Positions 1-13,620 of a DNA stretch of 64,000 nt are shown one piece after another. The number at the start of each line of letters is the position of its first letter. Positions within the stretch are counted from its first letter, which is position 1. The stretch comes from the human T2T-CHM13v2.0 reference genome, Homo sapiens. The translations under genes were made by a program, and so were the position numbers. Below the pieces are notes generated by a model that ran no database searches, was not told where the DNA came from, and saw nothing but the letters and a program-made list of their open reading frames with translations. The stretch lies in assembly GCF_009914755.1 (NCBI RefSeq), contig NC_060929.1; one strand, given 5' to 3'.

Positions 1-187
1 CCTTGACTTCCAAGACAGAATTAGGTGACCTTCCTCTTGTTCCTGTGGCCCTATGCCCTCTATGGTGTGCCATGCTATTTTGTGACTGACTCTGCAACCT
101 AACTAGCAGATAAACTACTTGAATACAGGCACTATTTTATTCATTTTATACCTAGTGACTGCCTTGTTGGTGCATATTTGTTGAATA
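1..187 (+). mobile_element. L2 LINE 3'-end remnant
   Basis: Degenerate L2 3' motifs ending ...catatttgttgaataaa. Confidence 0.45.
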
Positions 188-377
188 AAAGTGCTAATTT
201 CACAATAAATACTAAGCATATGTGTTATGAGATCACCACTACCTTCACAGAACTTGCAATTTCAACCACAGCAGAATTCCAAACTTTTTTCAGAGGAAAA
301 TTTTTTAATGCTGAGATCAGTGTTAATTATACAACTTGTTATATAAACAGGGATATGAAACTCTAACTTATAACTAG

Positions 378-888
<511 letters not shown>

Positions 889-1397
889 CAGGTTTCTTCT
901 TTACTTGAAAACCAAAACAAAACCCATCCAGTTCTTCCTTGAGGTTTTTTTTTTCCCACCACCCCCCGCTTGAAGATCTGTAATAAAACACAGATCTCCA
1001 AGTAAAAGGTATGCTTTTAAAAGGCAAACAGAAAAATGGACATGTAAATATGTCTGATACAGAAACATTTCCAACCCTAGGGAATAGTTTTGAGGCTGAA
1101 AAAAGGAGTAAGAATAATAAAGTTGCTGCATGTTGTGTAAGTTTCATTATTACATAATTTCCTTTCTTTGTATATAGTCTGGCTGTACTGAATTCAGTGT
1201 GTGTAAGAAGAACTGGTGGATAAACAAACAATATGACATATTCATGAAAAAAATTTCCCATTTTTATTGGGCAGTAACATTATGCTAGTCAAGCATATAT
1301 ATACTGAACTGACTACATTAATTACATCTGCTTACGTGTATCTTCAAAAGTAAAATGATAAATTTTTATAAGCTACAGAGACAAACAATTGCTTTCA

Positions 1398-1547
<150 letters not shown>

Positions 1548-1754
1548 CTATTAAAGTTTCACAGGTCTTCAAACATATTTTATAAGGACAGCCTCTGTCT
1601 TTGTTTCCGGTGGAATATAACCAAGACACCCACAGGTATTGCCTTGAGGGAATGTTCTTGCCTACATTGCCATTATGAGGTCGAGAGGTCAAAAACAACA
1701 AAAAGAGTCTCCCTTTTTCTGTTCAACAAACTGAAAACAGTGCAATAAAAAACC

Positions 1755-1930
1755 TTATTGCAGTATTCACATATAAAAAAAGTACACAAATCAGTGAACC
1801 ATTTAATAAATTTTTACAAACCAAGAACCTTTATGTAATCAGCTCTCAGATCAAGAAACAGAACAGTACCCCAACAGGCCCCCTTTCTGCCCAATTCCAG
1901 CCAGTACCCACCAAGGGTAACTACTTTTTT
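1755..1930 (-). mobile_element. Old L1 (L1ME-like) 3'-end fragment
   Basis: Antisense L1M 3' motifs such as cagatcaagaaacagaaca and ccaagggtaactact. Confidence 0.4.
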
Positions 1931-1965
1931 GATAAACTGTGTTTTACACAGTTTGATAGATTATG

Positions 1966-2270
1966 TTTTTTTATTTTTATTTTTTTGAGATGGAGTCTCG
2001 CTCTGTCGCCCAGGCTGGGAGTGTAGTAGTGTAGTGGCATGACCTCACTGCAACCTCTGCCTCCCAGGTTCAAGCAATTCTCCTGGCTCAGACTCCCGAG
2101 TAGCTGGGATTACAGGTGCACGCCACCACGCCTGGCTAATTTTTATATTTTTAGTAGAGACAGGGTTTCACCATGTTGGCTAGGATTGTCTCGATCTCAG
2201 GACCTCGTGATCCACCCGCCTCGGCCTCCCGATGTGCTGGGATTACAGGCATGAGCCACCACGCCCAGCC
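1966..2270 (-). mobile_element. Alu (AluS)
   Basis: Full antisense Alu; flanking atagattatgtttt / atagattgtgtttt TSD. Confidence 0.95.
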
Positions 2271-2963
2271 AATAGATTGTGTTTTAAACAAATAATAGTT
2301 TGGGGTAGATGGTTAACTGTATCAGGTTCAATTCTTTGTAAAGAATAGGCCACAAAATTGACCACTAGACTATAATTCACCTTTGTTCAGAGCTGCTCTC
2401 CAATGCCAAATATCTGTACCAGCTGTTTCAATTTCTTTTTGTACTCTATAAATATCCTAGCTTCTTTACTTGGACAGAAAATGGAAGCACTAACCCAATT
2501 CTATCCCCTATAAATCAAAAGTACGATCAACAGATACATCTATTGATGAAGTGGTTATAATACAAAAAAGTTATACCCTATAAGGAATCTCTAAATCACT
2601 GTCCTACAGTTACTGGAAGAAAAAAAGAAAAAAAATCACCCACTGCTAAAAATGAAAAATTCCAAAGTTTTGTTTATATCCAACTGAAATGTCAGGATGT
2701 GCACATTACGCCAATCTTGATTTCTTTATCCCAGGTATGTCTTGTGCACAGCTAAGACTCTGAGCTATAGGATCAGAGGCAATGTACCTTCATAAGTTAA
2801 AAATAGCCCTTTGTGGTTATTAGCATGAAGTTGGACAAGTCTATCTATCTGTTCCTTATCTATAAAATGAGGAGTTTTAACTAGTATTCACTATTTCATA
2901 ACACATGGCCACGTACAACTAATAGTCATTTCCTGTCAATCCATTCATTCATTCCTTGACTCA

Positions 2964-3360
<397 letters not shown>

Positions 3361-3487
3361 TAACTAATAGAAAGATGAGTCTTCAAGTCAGCTGAAATTT
3401 TGTGACTTTGTTTTGTTTATATGGTATTCATTTTTGTGGTTAAAGTCTATTTTTGGCAAATAATTCTGGTTTTCTATTTATGGTGGG

Positions 3488-3703
3488 TGTGGTAGCCAGC
3501 CTCCCAAGATGGCCCCCAGTGATCTCTGCCTCCTTGAATGCATGGTCTTGTGCAGTCCCTTTCCGTCCTTTACCAAGATTGGTCTGTGTGGCCAATAAAA
3601 TATGGCAGAAGTGATGGCATGTTACATGTGAAATCAGATAATAAAAGACAATAGTTCTGCTGCATTGATCACATACTCTCTTGGATCATTTGTTATGGGG
3701 GAT
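3488..3703 (+). mobile_element. MLT1F-like MaLR LTR, 5' part only
   Basis: Starts tgtggtagccagcctcccaagatggcccccagtgatc and contains tatggcagaagtgatggcatg, as in MLT1F-family LTRs. Confidence 0.7.
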
Positions 3704-4308
3704 GTAAATTATAATGCTACTCACGTTACTCCACAGAGACCACAAGGATGCCAGCTTTGGCTAGTGTAGTAGTCCCACCTATTGATTAGAGTCAAAAGTA
3801 AAGCCCACCCCTGCCTAGTGTAAAGCTCTGAATAAAGTGCAACAACTTGCTGATACCCATATTATACTATGCCAATTTTGAGGGATAATCTATAATTCTA
3901 GCAGGTATTAAGAATGGAGTGCTAAGTGTAAGATATTTTCAATTCACAATGGGTTTATCTGGAGGCAACCCCATTGTAAGTCGAGGAGCCATACTGAATG
4001 CGTATCACTTTCCCACCATCATAAAAGTTGAAAAATCGTTAAGTCAGGGACTGTCCGTATTATTATTATCACTGCATTTATATCGTGGAAATACTTAAGC
4101 AGTTAAGAAAGTGAGGAGTAAAGTGAGGACACGAAGACGCTTCTGTCTTCTGCGTATGTGTTAAGTAACATCCACTTTATTAGGAGCAATGCACAAAGCA
4201 GGGCTGGGCTTTACTTTTGACTCTAATCAATAGGTGGGACTACTACACTGGCCAAAGCTGCCATCCTTGTAATCTTTGTGGTGTAATATGAGTAATTTTA
4301 TAATTTGC
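3704..4308. repeat. Long inverted repeat: arms 3704-3839 and 4173-4308 (136 bp each), 333-bp spacer
   Basis: By-eye alignment is ungapped with about 20 mismatches; 3763-3807 is the exact reverse complement of 4205-4249 (45 bp). Confidence 0.95.
3929..4057. mobile_element. MER47/Tigger5-type MITE fragment
   Basis: gatattttcaa...atgggtttatc...aaccccattgtaagtcgaggagc and tactgaatgcgtatcactttc...aagtcagggactgtccg followed by TA. Confidence 0.7.
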
Positions 4309-4679
4309 TAATGTATTAAAAAGTAAAACAAAAGAAAATGACTCATCTAACTCTCATGGATATGCAAACACAACATGAGACAAATAATAATAATCCTCAT
4401 ACAGTGAATGAATAATTGTTTCTTTAAAAAATTAATATAATCAGAGCTTTAGGCCAAGCTACTTTCAAACTGCTTTAGAAATAACTAAATTATATGACAA
4501 TTTTTTTCCTAGAGGAGTCACTGGTAGTATTAGGACATTTTAGACTCTCTTCTAATAAATTTGCTATGGAATGAATTTCTCATTCTTTAGGGAGATAATG
4601 CTGTTGCCCTGTCAGCAGTCTGAATCCATAACAAAGTAAGATTTGTGTTAATACAACATTTATATAGTGAAATCAGTTT

Positions 4680-4892
4680 CTCTAAAATACCTTTCCTGAC
4701 CTCCTCAGGCCGAGTTTCTCTCTCCCTCATCTATATTATAATCTCTGTACCTTGTCATTGTTAACTCATCTTTCACTTCAGTGGAGTGTGACTTCCCAGA
4801 GGGTAAGGATCAGGTCTTATTGGTATTTATACCACTTAGCACAGTGCCCTGGCTTAATAGAAAAAAAAAATGAATAAGAAATGAAATGAATA
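4680..4892 (+). mobile_element. L2 3'-end fragment
   Basis: ...gagggtaaggatcaggtcttatt...cttagcacagtgccctggc...aatgaataagaaatgaaatgaat. Confidence 0.6.
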
Positions 4893-5313
4893 TCTTTTTT
4901 TTTTCCTGTCACAGTTCTCACTGTGACTCATTTTTGCCAGGCCAGTAAAGTTGGTGACTTTGAAACCTATTAGCTTATGGAAGTTAAAGCCCATGTTTCT
5001 AATACAATGAACATTATGTTATGCCCAAACTTAACACCATCATTTCATATGATAGCACTTTCTTATAGTGTTACCTTATGCTCCCTGACCAAACTCCCAG
5101 ACATCAACTTGTACTTTTCTATTTTATTCTAGATCTTTTTGTATTGTTGTTTTAAATACTTTCCTGCCCATTAGAGGACCTAGGAGCCACCCTCCTCTCC
5201 CCTCTTAACTGATATTTAGCCTTTCATGGGCTTTGCATATAATGGAAATTTCAAAATCCACCCTGAGAAATGAAAACCAAGTAGAGGAAAAATAAACTCT
5301 TCAAAACACACAC

Positions 5314-5316
5314 TAC
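5314..5316 (-). other. NR3C1: Tandem 5' splice site (GTAGT); use of the distal GT retains GTA and gives the GR-gamma isoform (+Arg)
   Basis: Minus strand GAAG|GTA|GTGTGT; joining GTA to exon 4 GACAG gives GGT AGA CAG = Gly-Arg-Gln, the known GR-gamma insertion. Confidence 0.9.
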
Positions 5317-5483
5317 CTTCCACTGCTCTTTTGAAGAAAACTTTACAGCTTCCACAAGTTAAGACTCCATAATGACATCCTGAAGCTTCATCAGAGCACA
5401 CCAGGCAGAGTTTGGGAGGTGGTCCTGTTGTTGCTGTTGAGGAGCTGGATGGAGGAGAGCTTACATCTGGTCTCATGCTGGGG
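5317..5483 (-). CDS. NR3C1: Glucocorticoid receptor exon 3 (first zinc finger, P-box), 167 bp
   Basis: ORF 5216..5476 gives [54 protein letters not shown], the GR sequence; acceptor TTCTTTAG|CCCCAGC at 5484/5483 and donor GTGGAAG|GTAGTG at 5317/5316. Confidence 0.98.
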
Positions 5484-7884
5484 CTAAAGAAGGGGAAGAA
5501 CAGTGTTATGATTTAACTGTCAAAGGAATATCAAAATACAGTTCTCTTAGCTTCTCACTTCATAGTCAGAATGCTCACAGTGAACTCTGGCTTCAGGTGC
5601 TAGCAGGCACTAAAATATCCTAGCTAAATATATTCAAATCATGTTATATTCTTCTTTAAACAAAATTAAGAATGAGGTCATTTCTTTTGAAGTGTCTCCA
5701 AAATAGAATGGTGTGGTTCTGGTTCACTTCTTCTTCTTTTTTTTTTTTTTTTTAGATGCTTAGGATTTATTTTTATAATCACGTTTATTAAGGTGTCACA
5801 TACAGTAACATTTACTGTTTTCTAAGTCTATAATTTATGGTTTTTGTTAAATGAATATTCATGTAACTACTATCACAATCAGGAGAGAGGATATTTCCAT
5901 CATCCCAAAAAGATGCCTCCTATGCCTTTAATTGCTTAGGCCATAATTTTTTTCCTAATTTTAAGATCTTATACAGGCATCTTTTAAAATTCAATCAAGT
6001 GTCATTACAATTCTACCCATGTTTCCTACTAGAGTCAAAATTTTTTTACAATCTTAAAGTTTTTGTCCCATGTCTCTAATTCCTAATGTCATCTTGGCTG
6101 AAACCACAATTTCATATGACTCAGAGAAGACTGATCCAGAAACATTTTCTATAACCTTCCTGTCTGGCTTGCAGTAAGATTGGACAAAGCACTAGGCTTT
6201 CAAAAGTGAGTTCCATTCTGCCCACTCCACTCTATGACTGTTTGGCTTGAAGAAGAAGACAGAAATGTGAATCTGCTTCTCTTACTAGGTCTCTAACATT
6301 TTTCATAGTCTCACCACAAAGAGTGCAGGTCTAGTGATTATTAGCTGTTTAAAAGATAATTTGTTGTTTTAAAAATTTTCAATCTCAAAAAAAATTGGAA
6401 AGAATTGTACAATGGATATATACTTTTCACCAATATTCACCAAGTCTTAACATTTTGCCACATTTAATGATAAAGATATATTTTTATAAACCAATGAAAC
6501 AGTGATCTTTCTATTACTGGAGGAAAAATTAATTATTGCATTTCATATTACATGACACAATGGTTTTCAATGTTGTATTTTCCTAAGGAATTTTCCTCTT
6601 ACGTGCTGACTTTAGAACCAAAACTGTATTATGCAGCTAAAATGATTTTGTAGCCTTCTGCTTGTAATTAGAGACTGCCCATTCCATTTTTGGTTGTGTT
6701 CTTAAGCAAATCTTCAAAAACATGGATGCTGGCAACCTGTTGATTCTGGAATTCTACATATTAAAGTCCGTTTTGCTTATCATCTATACAAGTTCATAAA
6801 TATACTAGTACCTCTCTCTAAACTTTTCTTAATTTGCCTTTTCTCTAAAAAAGATGGAACTTAGAAATAAACTTAAATTGGGTGTTCGTTGTCTCTGTTA
6901 TTCTTTATTATCTCTTGCTTTTATTTATTTCAGCCAATAACAGTAGTAAGTCTCAATTACAAATATGTTTAAACTAATTCACAGAGCAAAGTAACTTAAA
7001 ATTTTTTTCTAGTTATCAATCTGGTTAGAAATTACATTTATCAAGTAATGTAGTTTGTTGCTAATGTTCCGTTTAGGAATAAAAGTTAAAAGGTAATAAT
7101 AATGGAATGACAATTTCTTTTATAAATGTTACCTTAAGTAATTAAGCCAGTAAATCCAAACGATCGCCCTAAATTCTATCTTCAAATGAAGCTTCCTGAA
7201 TCTTGCCAACTGCCTGCTTACCTAACAGGCTTAGTCAATAGGACAGCATTCCCACCACCCTAATTCTGGGAAAAGGCCCCAGGGTTTCACATTGTTCTCT
7301 GAACACTGTTAAGAAGAATTTGTAGATGCTTCCGTATTACAAGGCATTCATTCCCTGCTAGATTTGGGCGAGTGGACTGACTACACGTCGAAAGCCTGTA
7401 ACAGAATAACCTGAAATGACTCTGCTGTAGGTCCGGCACAGGCCACCCCTGATTAATGGAAACTTGTGACTAATGTAGAGGAGCTGCTTTGGGCCAGAGT
7501 TTTCCAGAGAAGTAGGAAGGTCCTGGAACAGTGAATGGTGCGACAATGTGTTGGGGAAGCAAAAACTCCTCTGGCTTCTATTCTGAAGATACTCCTATTC
7601 TTGCTCAGCCAGTCTCTGTCACCTGACATCTATTTTTAGGGACCAAACAGTTGTTTGTATATTAGTTTACAGAAAACGAGTGCATTGTTTAAAGGTTAGG
7701 ACAGTATTCTGTAATGTTTACCCCATTAATTATATATACACACATATGCATATATAGTATGTATTTATATTTTAAATAATAGTTTGTAGTACTTCGTAGT
7801 TTTAGCTCTCAATAACCCTGTGAAAATGACATCATCACCCCTGGATGCGGTCATACGGGCCGTGGCAGGTGGTTCATCAGGGAG

Positions 7885-8092
7885 CCTATCTACGGTGAAG
7901 CTGACATATTTTAGATCCCAGCTGTACCACTTCACAGCTTCTGTTACCTTGGGTAGGTATCTACTACTTTGACCCCTGAGTTTCCTCATCAGTAAACTGG
8001 GAAGGATATCACCTGTGTGTGTGTTGTGAAAATAAGGTAACACATAGAAAATCTACTACAAGTTCCTGCTTCTAGCAGGCACTCAATACATG
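7885..8092 (+). mobile_element. MIR SINE
   Basis: MIR core: atcccagctgtaccacttc...accttgggtagg...ctgagtttcctcatcagtaaactggga. Confidence 0.75.
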
Positions 8093-9264
8093 TTCCTTTT
8101 TCTTTTTCAGGAACACTGAAGATTTTATGAGTAAGTATTATATAAATGGAAGGTAGTATTAAGTCTAAATCCTAGGACCGTATTCCCAAATTCTTAGATA
8201 TTACAATGTATGCAAAACATGTTCAGGCCACTCAACTGTAAGCTACAGATGACAAGGGAAAGTAAAAATGAACAAATGGATTGATAGTACAGTAGCTGAA
8301 AATTTGGAACCTCAATCAGGCTTTTGGCATCCCTTCAGGCAGTCGTTCTGGGCTACATCAGATAAGAACTGAGTACATGGAAAGCTGCCAGATGTACCAT
8401 AGACATCGGTGAAAAAAGCCAATTTTTGTCATACAAATAGGAGGAGTAAGATAGCCTATAATGAACACCATTGGAAAAAATGGATGAATGCTAAATGGTA
8501 TTCAGTTGCAAGTTTGATATTGTTAAAAGGGCTAGGGTACAACAAAATGGTTAGAACTCAAGAGAAAACCATATGGAATTGACATCTTTTATTAAGGATA
8601 CATGGCAGAAGGAACCAAAAGTATACCATAGTAAGAGTGCATATTTCACCCCCTTTGAATGGGAAAGCTAAAATATCCTGGTCTTAAGGGCATCATTATC
8701 TGTAATAGTTATTGATTGCTCAATGTGTGTTCACTCACAGCTGTGCCAAACATTCTGAGAATGTTAAGAAGTTCCATTATGAACTATTGCTAGGGTGCTT
8801 GCTTTTAAGTGAGGAACCCTTGGAACAAAATGCCTTGTTCCAGGTGAATACCTGAATGCTGGTGGTTCCCAATCAGAATGGCAAATGTAGTAGAAACCGA
8901 ATAATTCCTGAGGCTGAGTTTATGTTAGAGTTCAGAGAGAGAAAACCATGCATAAAGCTAGATATGTCTACTTAGTTTTGTTGCAAGCAAAGCAATTGCT
9001 ACAAGGAGGATTATGGGTGAAAGTCATGGATGGATTATGAGTTAATCACACACCTAGAGAAGCATGTAAAATGTGCAGGTAAATTACACCCATTCATTCA
9101 GGCAGACGTTTCCTGGCACCTGAATGAAAGGCAAGCACTGTGAGGATCCAGTATCATGCTACAAATGATAACGAACCTTGAAACTCTGGTCTAGGATGGA
9201 GTACCAGAATATTTTGTAGCCGCCTCTTGTGTCTCAGTACTATTACGAAGAGAATCAGCTTTAC

Positions 9265-9430
9265 ATACAGACAAATCTGGGTTCAAATCCTAGTTCCAGT
9301 GCTCTAATAGCTGTGACAGTGGCTAGCTGACTTAACTTCTTTGAGTCCATTCCCTTATTAGTGCCATTTTAGGGGGTTTGTGTGGATTATATATATTAGA
9401 GTTATATAAAGCATTGTTACATACTTGGTG
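9265..9430 (+). mobile_element. MIR SINE
   Basis: cagacaaatctgggttcaaatcctagttcc...gacttaacttctttgag. Confidence 0.65.
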
Positions 9431-9599
9431 ATCATCACACAATAGGTCTCTACCCTACCCCCAAGGATTACCTTCTTCCTTTCTGGAGGATCTTAGGGAA
9501 AGAGAAGTGCTACAGTCTTCCCCATGAGCCTGTAGAAGGTTAATGGTCCTCCAGAAACTTAAGTTCAGGTAATTATAGATTGCCTTTTCTGATTACTAC

Positions 9600-10417
9600 A
9601 CCAAAATTGGACAATTTCGTTTTTTAAAGGTTTTAGTATTGCAATGTGGAATCCAAAACTGTTATCAATGAACTTTTGATTGTTACATTGAAATATGTCA
9701 GTCTATCTTGCACTTTGAATGTATCTTTTACCCATGCATGATTTTGTATTATCATGCATTAGTCATCTGGAAAATACTGGTTCACTGAGTTATGCAGATC
9801 TTTCAAATGTTGACATAGTTCATTATGTAATATAAAAGAGTCACATTTGTCAAGCTCACAGTGGCAGATACAAGTCTTCAAAAATTCTGATTTTTGCTTG
9901 AAACCTATATTTTATCAATTGGCAACAAATACTTTAAGTTGTTTTCCTTAAAGTGCTAAGTTTACTTCAGTCATTTTTGGGAAAACATCGCCAAATACCC
10001 AAGGCTGAAAACCAGAGTTTATCTCTCATGGTACTCCATGAAAAAAAGTAGGTTAACTCACAGTTTAATCTTATACACTTTTCTTTGAGACAACTATCAA
10101 ATGCTATATGCGATATAAGTGGATTATGCACCTTCTCATTTTGTCACACTGACATGAGAAAGACCACATGTATTTAAGGGTTGAAATTTAATGTAATTAA
10201 TAATTTTTTTGCTTCTTCAAAGATTTTAAGTGCATGACAGTGAATACAGTAACTACTGTATACTAAGATGCCAACAGTTTTACTCATCTTTGCTTTTGTA
10301 CCATTATTGCAAATGCTGACATAATGAAATGGCAAATAAAGTACGTGTTACTGTGAAAATAGTCTGCCCTTTAAGGGGAGACTCCCAGGGCCCCATGGAC
10401 CACACTGGAAGAATTGT
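9600..10417. mobile_element. Charlie1-family hAT DNA transposon remnant
   Basis: catgcattagtcatctggaaaatactggttcactgagttatgcagatc..., tgtcaagctcacagtggcagatacaag, terminal ...ccatggaccacactggaagaattg. Confidence 0.75.
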
Positions 10418-10871
10418 TGTTATGGAGACTAGTAAGGTAAAGATTCTAAACCAGATAGGCTACAATTCATAACCTAATTCTACAATGTAATAGCTTGGTG
10501 ACCTTTTAATCTTTCTCAATCTCAATTGCCCTATTGCTAATAGGAATGGTAATGTACCTGACAAAAGGATACAGTATCGCTTACTAAATTAGAGGCTTCC
10601 CTGACAGAGAAAGGGGCAGAGTTGGTAAACTATTACCCAAATGACATGATTGGCTTAGTCTTCAATTTAAGTGAATTAATCAGCAATTTTTCAGTGTAAT
10701 GCAAGAAATCTATTTGGGAGAAAAAAAACAAAGATATTATCACCTCAGAAAGCAAGTGTTAATATGGAAAAAAATTCCAGAAATACAGCTGCTATAACTG
10801 GATTAATTTTTTACAACTACCAATAGAATATTCCCATTGGCTTGTCAGTTTTTGTCCAAACACCGTAACAC

Positions 10872-11084
10872 AGTAGTTCTCAACAGAGAGCAATTTTGCT
10901 CTCTAGGAGACATTTGGCAGTGTCTGAAAACACTTTTGGTTATCACGGTTGGGGAAATGCTATTGGCATCTAAGTGAGAAGAGGCGAGGGATGCTGCTAA
11001 CCAGCCTACAAGGCACAGGACAGCCCCCACCACAAAGAAGTATCCAGCTTCAAATGTCAATAATGCTGAGGATGAGAAAACCTG
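10872..11084 (+). mobile_element. MER20 (hAT-Charlie MITE), near complete
   Basis: cagtagttctcaac...gacatttggcagtgtctg...gggatgctgctaa...aaatgtcaataatgctgaggatgagaaaacctg. Confidence 0.9.
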
Positions 11085-12699
11085 GCCATAAAGCTTTAAG
11101 CAACATAAAGTGGAAAAGAAAAAAAAAAAGGGACCAGAAACATTTTAAAACCTAAACTATGCTTAAAAATGCAACAACTGCACTACTGAAGCAGCCCTAA
11201 ACAGTCCATTCAAGACAAGTCCAAAAAGAGATTCAAAACAGAACTGAAGCCAAGCCATGGACTATACGGCTTAGTTATCAAGTACAGGATTGGCTTGAGC
11301 CAGTAATTTCTTTTTCCCTCTAGCGCTAGCACTAAAAGGTAGTTTTTACACATTAAAGTCACCTGCACTTTTCTTATCTTTGTTCATTAGGAAAAATGTA
11401 AATACTCAGCTGCACACACCAGGTGATTATATTTTCTGACTGCCCATTTATCTCTGCATTAGCTAAAGGATTACTGATTTGTTTGATAATAAGCTATGGA
11501 ATAGTTTTCAAATCAAATAGAAAAATGCTTTAGGGGAAACCTTTCACAATATTTCTGTTAAATGGTTTTAGCAGAACACATTTTATCTTATTTAACAAGC
11601 CAAAGAAAGACTGATTATTCTCTTTGCTTTGCATTTATTGAGAGAGGTTTGCATTGGTTTCAACTTTAGGTTCTTATTAAGATAGTTCATCCAAACTCTG
11701 CATCATTTATATTCACTCCTCTTGGGGAGAGGGTTACAGCAACAAAACCTATACATTAATAGATCAAGAGAATGTTCAGTAAAGGATTTTTCAGACCTCT
11801 AAGACACCAGTGGCCTACTACTCAGTGTCTCTGGGCTTGGTTTCCCTGTCTGTAAAACGAAGGTCTTGATTTAATTAACTCCAAATAAGCTGGCCATATC
11901 TTGCAAGATGGGTTTGGGGATGGAAAAGTGGAGAGGAAAACACTTGGATCTGTAAAGGGTTTCTTAGGTCCTGTGTATTTATTTGTAGAGAGAATATAAT
12001 CATGTTATCTATGCTACTTAAAGTCTAATCTGTCTCACAGAAATAATGTATTTCTTTCTCATTGGAAGAATTAATCCAGTTTGGTCACTGTGTTTGGGTA
12101 ACTTACTTCCTAACAGCTGTATCCTTCTTTGCTCTTCAAACCAAGTGTCAAAGATGGAGAAAAACAGAATAAGTCTTGAGACCCCAAGCACTCCCTTCTC
12201 AGGCTGTGTGTTATCAGTTCTGTTTGCTCAGGCTTGCATTAGGGGATGCGAGTTTTAAGCAGAAGCAATAATAGTACATTGAATGGTAAACAGAATACCA
12301 AGAACCAGTATGGTAAGAAGAAAGACTAAAAACTTTTTGATCGCATAGTTATTTCTAGAATGAAGACCGGATTTTGTTCCCACCTTATGGTTCCTCACAC
12401 ATAAGAGCATACAAGGATAATAGATGGTTCATAATTCAGAATTAGGAACATGATGTCTTCAGAGAAGGCAAGAACATGTTGGAGACAATAGTGCAGTTAT
12501 TGACTTTTTCCAACAAGGTATCTCGAGCATCTTTGAAATGCCATTTGTGTTCACCTCAAATACAACAGTAACTTATTTCTAAATATTTTATTCGATTCTT
12601 AAAGAGAGATTTGAATTTCTCTCACTATATTTAGTAACCCAGACTTACATGCAGAGATTTTGCCAATTCTAACCCATCTTCCACATCCTATTTATTACT

Positions 12700-13300
12700 C
12701 CCTGTAACACTATGTCAGGACCTATTCCTTCCCATCCACTCTGACCGCTGCCATTCTAATGCATGCCTTCTCTCACCTCTTGCTTTAACCACTGCAATGG
12801 TTGATACTAAGTAGTCCTTCTGGCACTGGCTTCTCTTTCCATTCTATCCCCCACACACTGCTAAAACTCTTTTCTCAACATGATTAAAAATCTGAAGGGC
12901 TCCTCCACTGTTTATAGTACAAGCTCAGTATGGTCCATAATTTGGTCTTTTTATTTTTCCAGTCATATGTCTTATCACTCCCCTACATAATCCATGTAGT
13001 TTCTTTATCACTACAGGGATCCTGGATTCTACAAATATTTATCAAGTACCTATGATAGGAGTAGCTTTTGCTAAGATCTGTTTTCCCTGCCTGAAGTGTC
13101 CACCATGGTATTCCTGATCCATGACAGCTTCTAGACTTCCTAAAACACTGCCATATAGCACTTTGCACAGATGATCCTATGTTACCTTTTGATGTATATG
13201 TATCCTGTTTCTATCAATAATCTCTTTTAGGTAGGGCCCATGTCTTGGGTCTCTCCATATCGCCAGCATCTTGTACAAAGTTCAGTATATGTTCACTTAT
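12700..13300 (+). mobile_element. Degenerate L2 LINE fragment
   Basis: Pyrimidine-rich L2 3' region motifs (ccattctatcccccacac, gggtagggcccatgtctt-like, ccagcatcttgtacaaag). Confidence 0.45.
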
Positions 13301-13399
13301 TTTTCTTATTTATACTTTCTATCTTTATCTGTTTTGCAAAAGAACTCTGAGACAGCTAACATGGTAAATATTTATGAGATTATAATCAGAATACAGGTA

Positions 13400-13620
13400 T
13401 AACCTCACCATTACTTGGCACTATTATGCAAGCTCTTTCTTTGTATAGATTATCTCATTTAATCCTCTCCACAGACCTAAGAGGTGGGTACTATTTTCAG
13501 CATTTACAGATGAAGAAACAAGATTTAGAAAAGTTGAGTTGCCTAAAGTGATCTAAGTAACTAGTAAAGTCAGGGTTCAAACCCAGGTCTTTCTGACACC
13601 AACATCAGTGTTCTTAAGCA
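13400..13620 (-). mobile_element. MIR SINE
   Basis: ttatctcatttaatcctc...catttacagatgaagaaac...gggttcaaacccaggtct. Confidence 0.8.

Noticed and set aside
5216-5313. ORF-track extension of exon 3 ([12 protein letters not shown]...)
   Set aside because: Read-through past the splice donor into intron 3; not GR sequence.
12444-12458. GRE-like GGAACAtgaTGTCTT (possible autoregulatory site)
   Set aside because: The second half-site lacks the conserved C; such matches are expected by chance in 64 kb.
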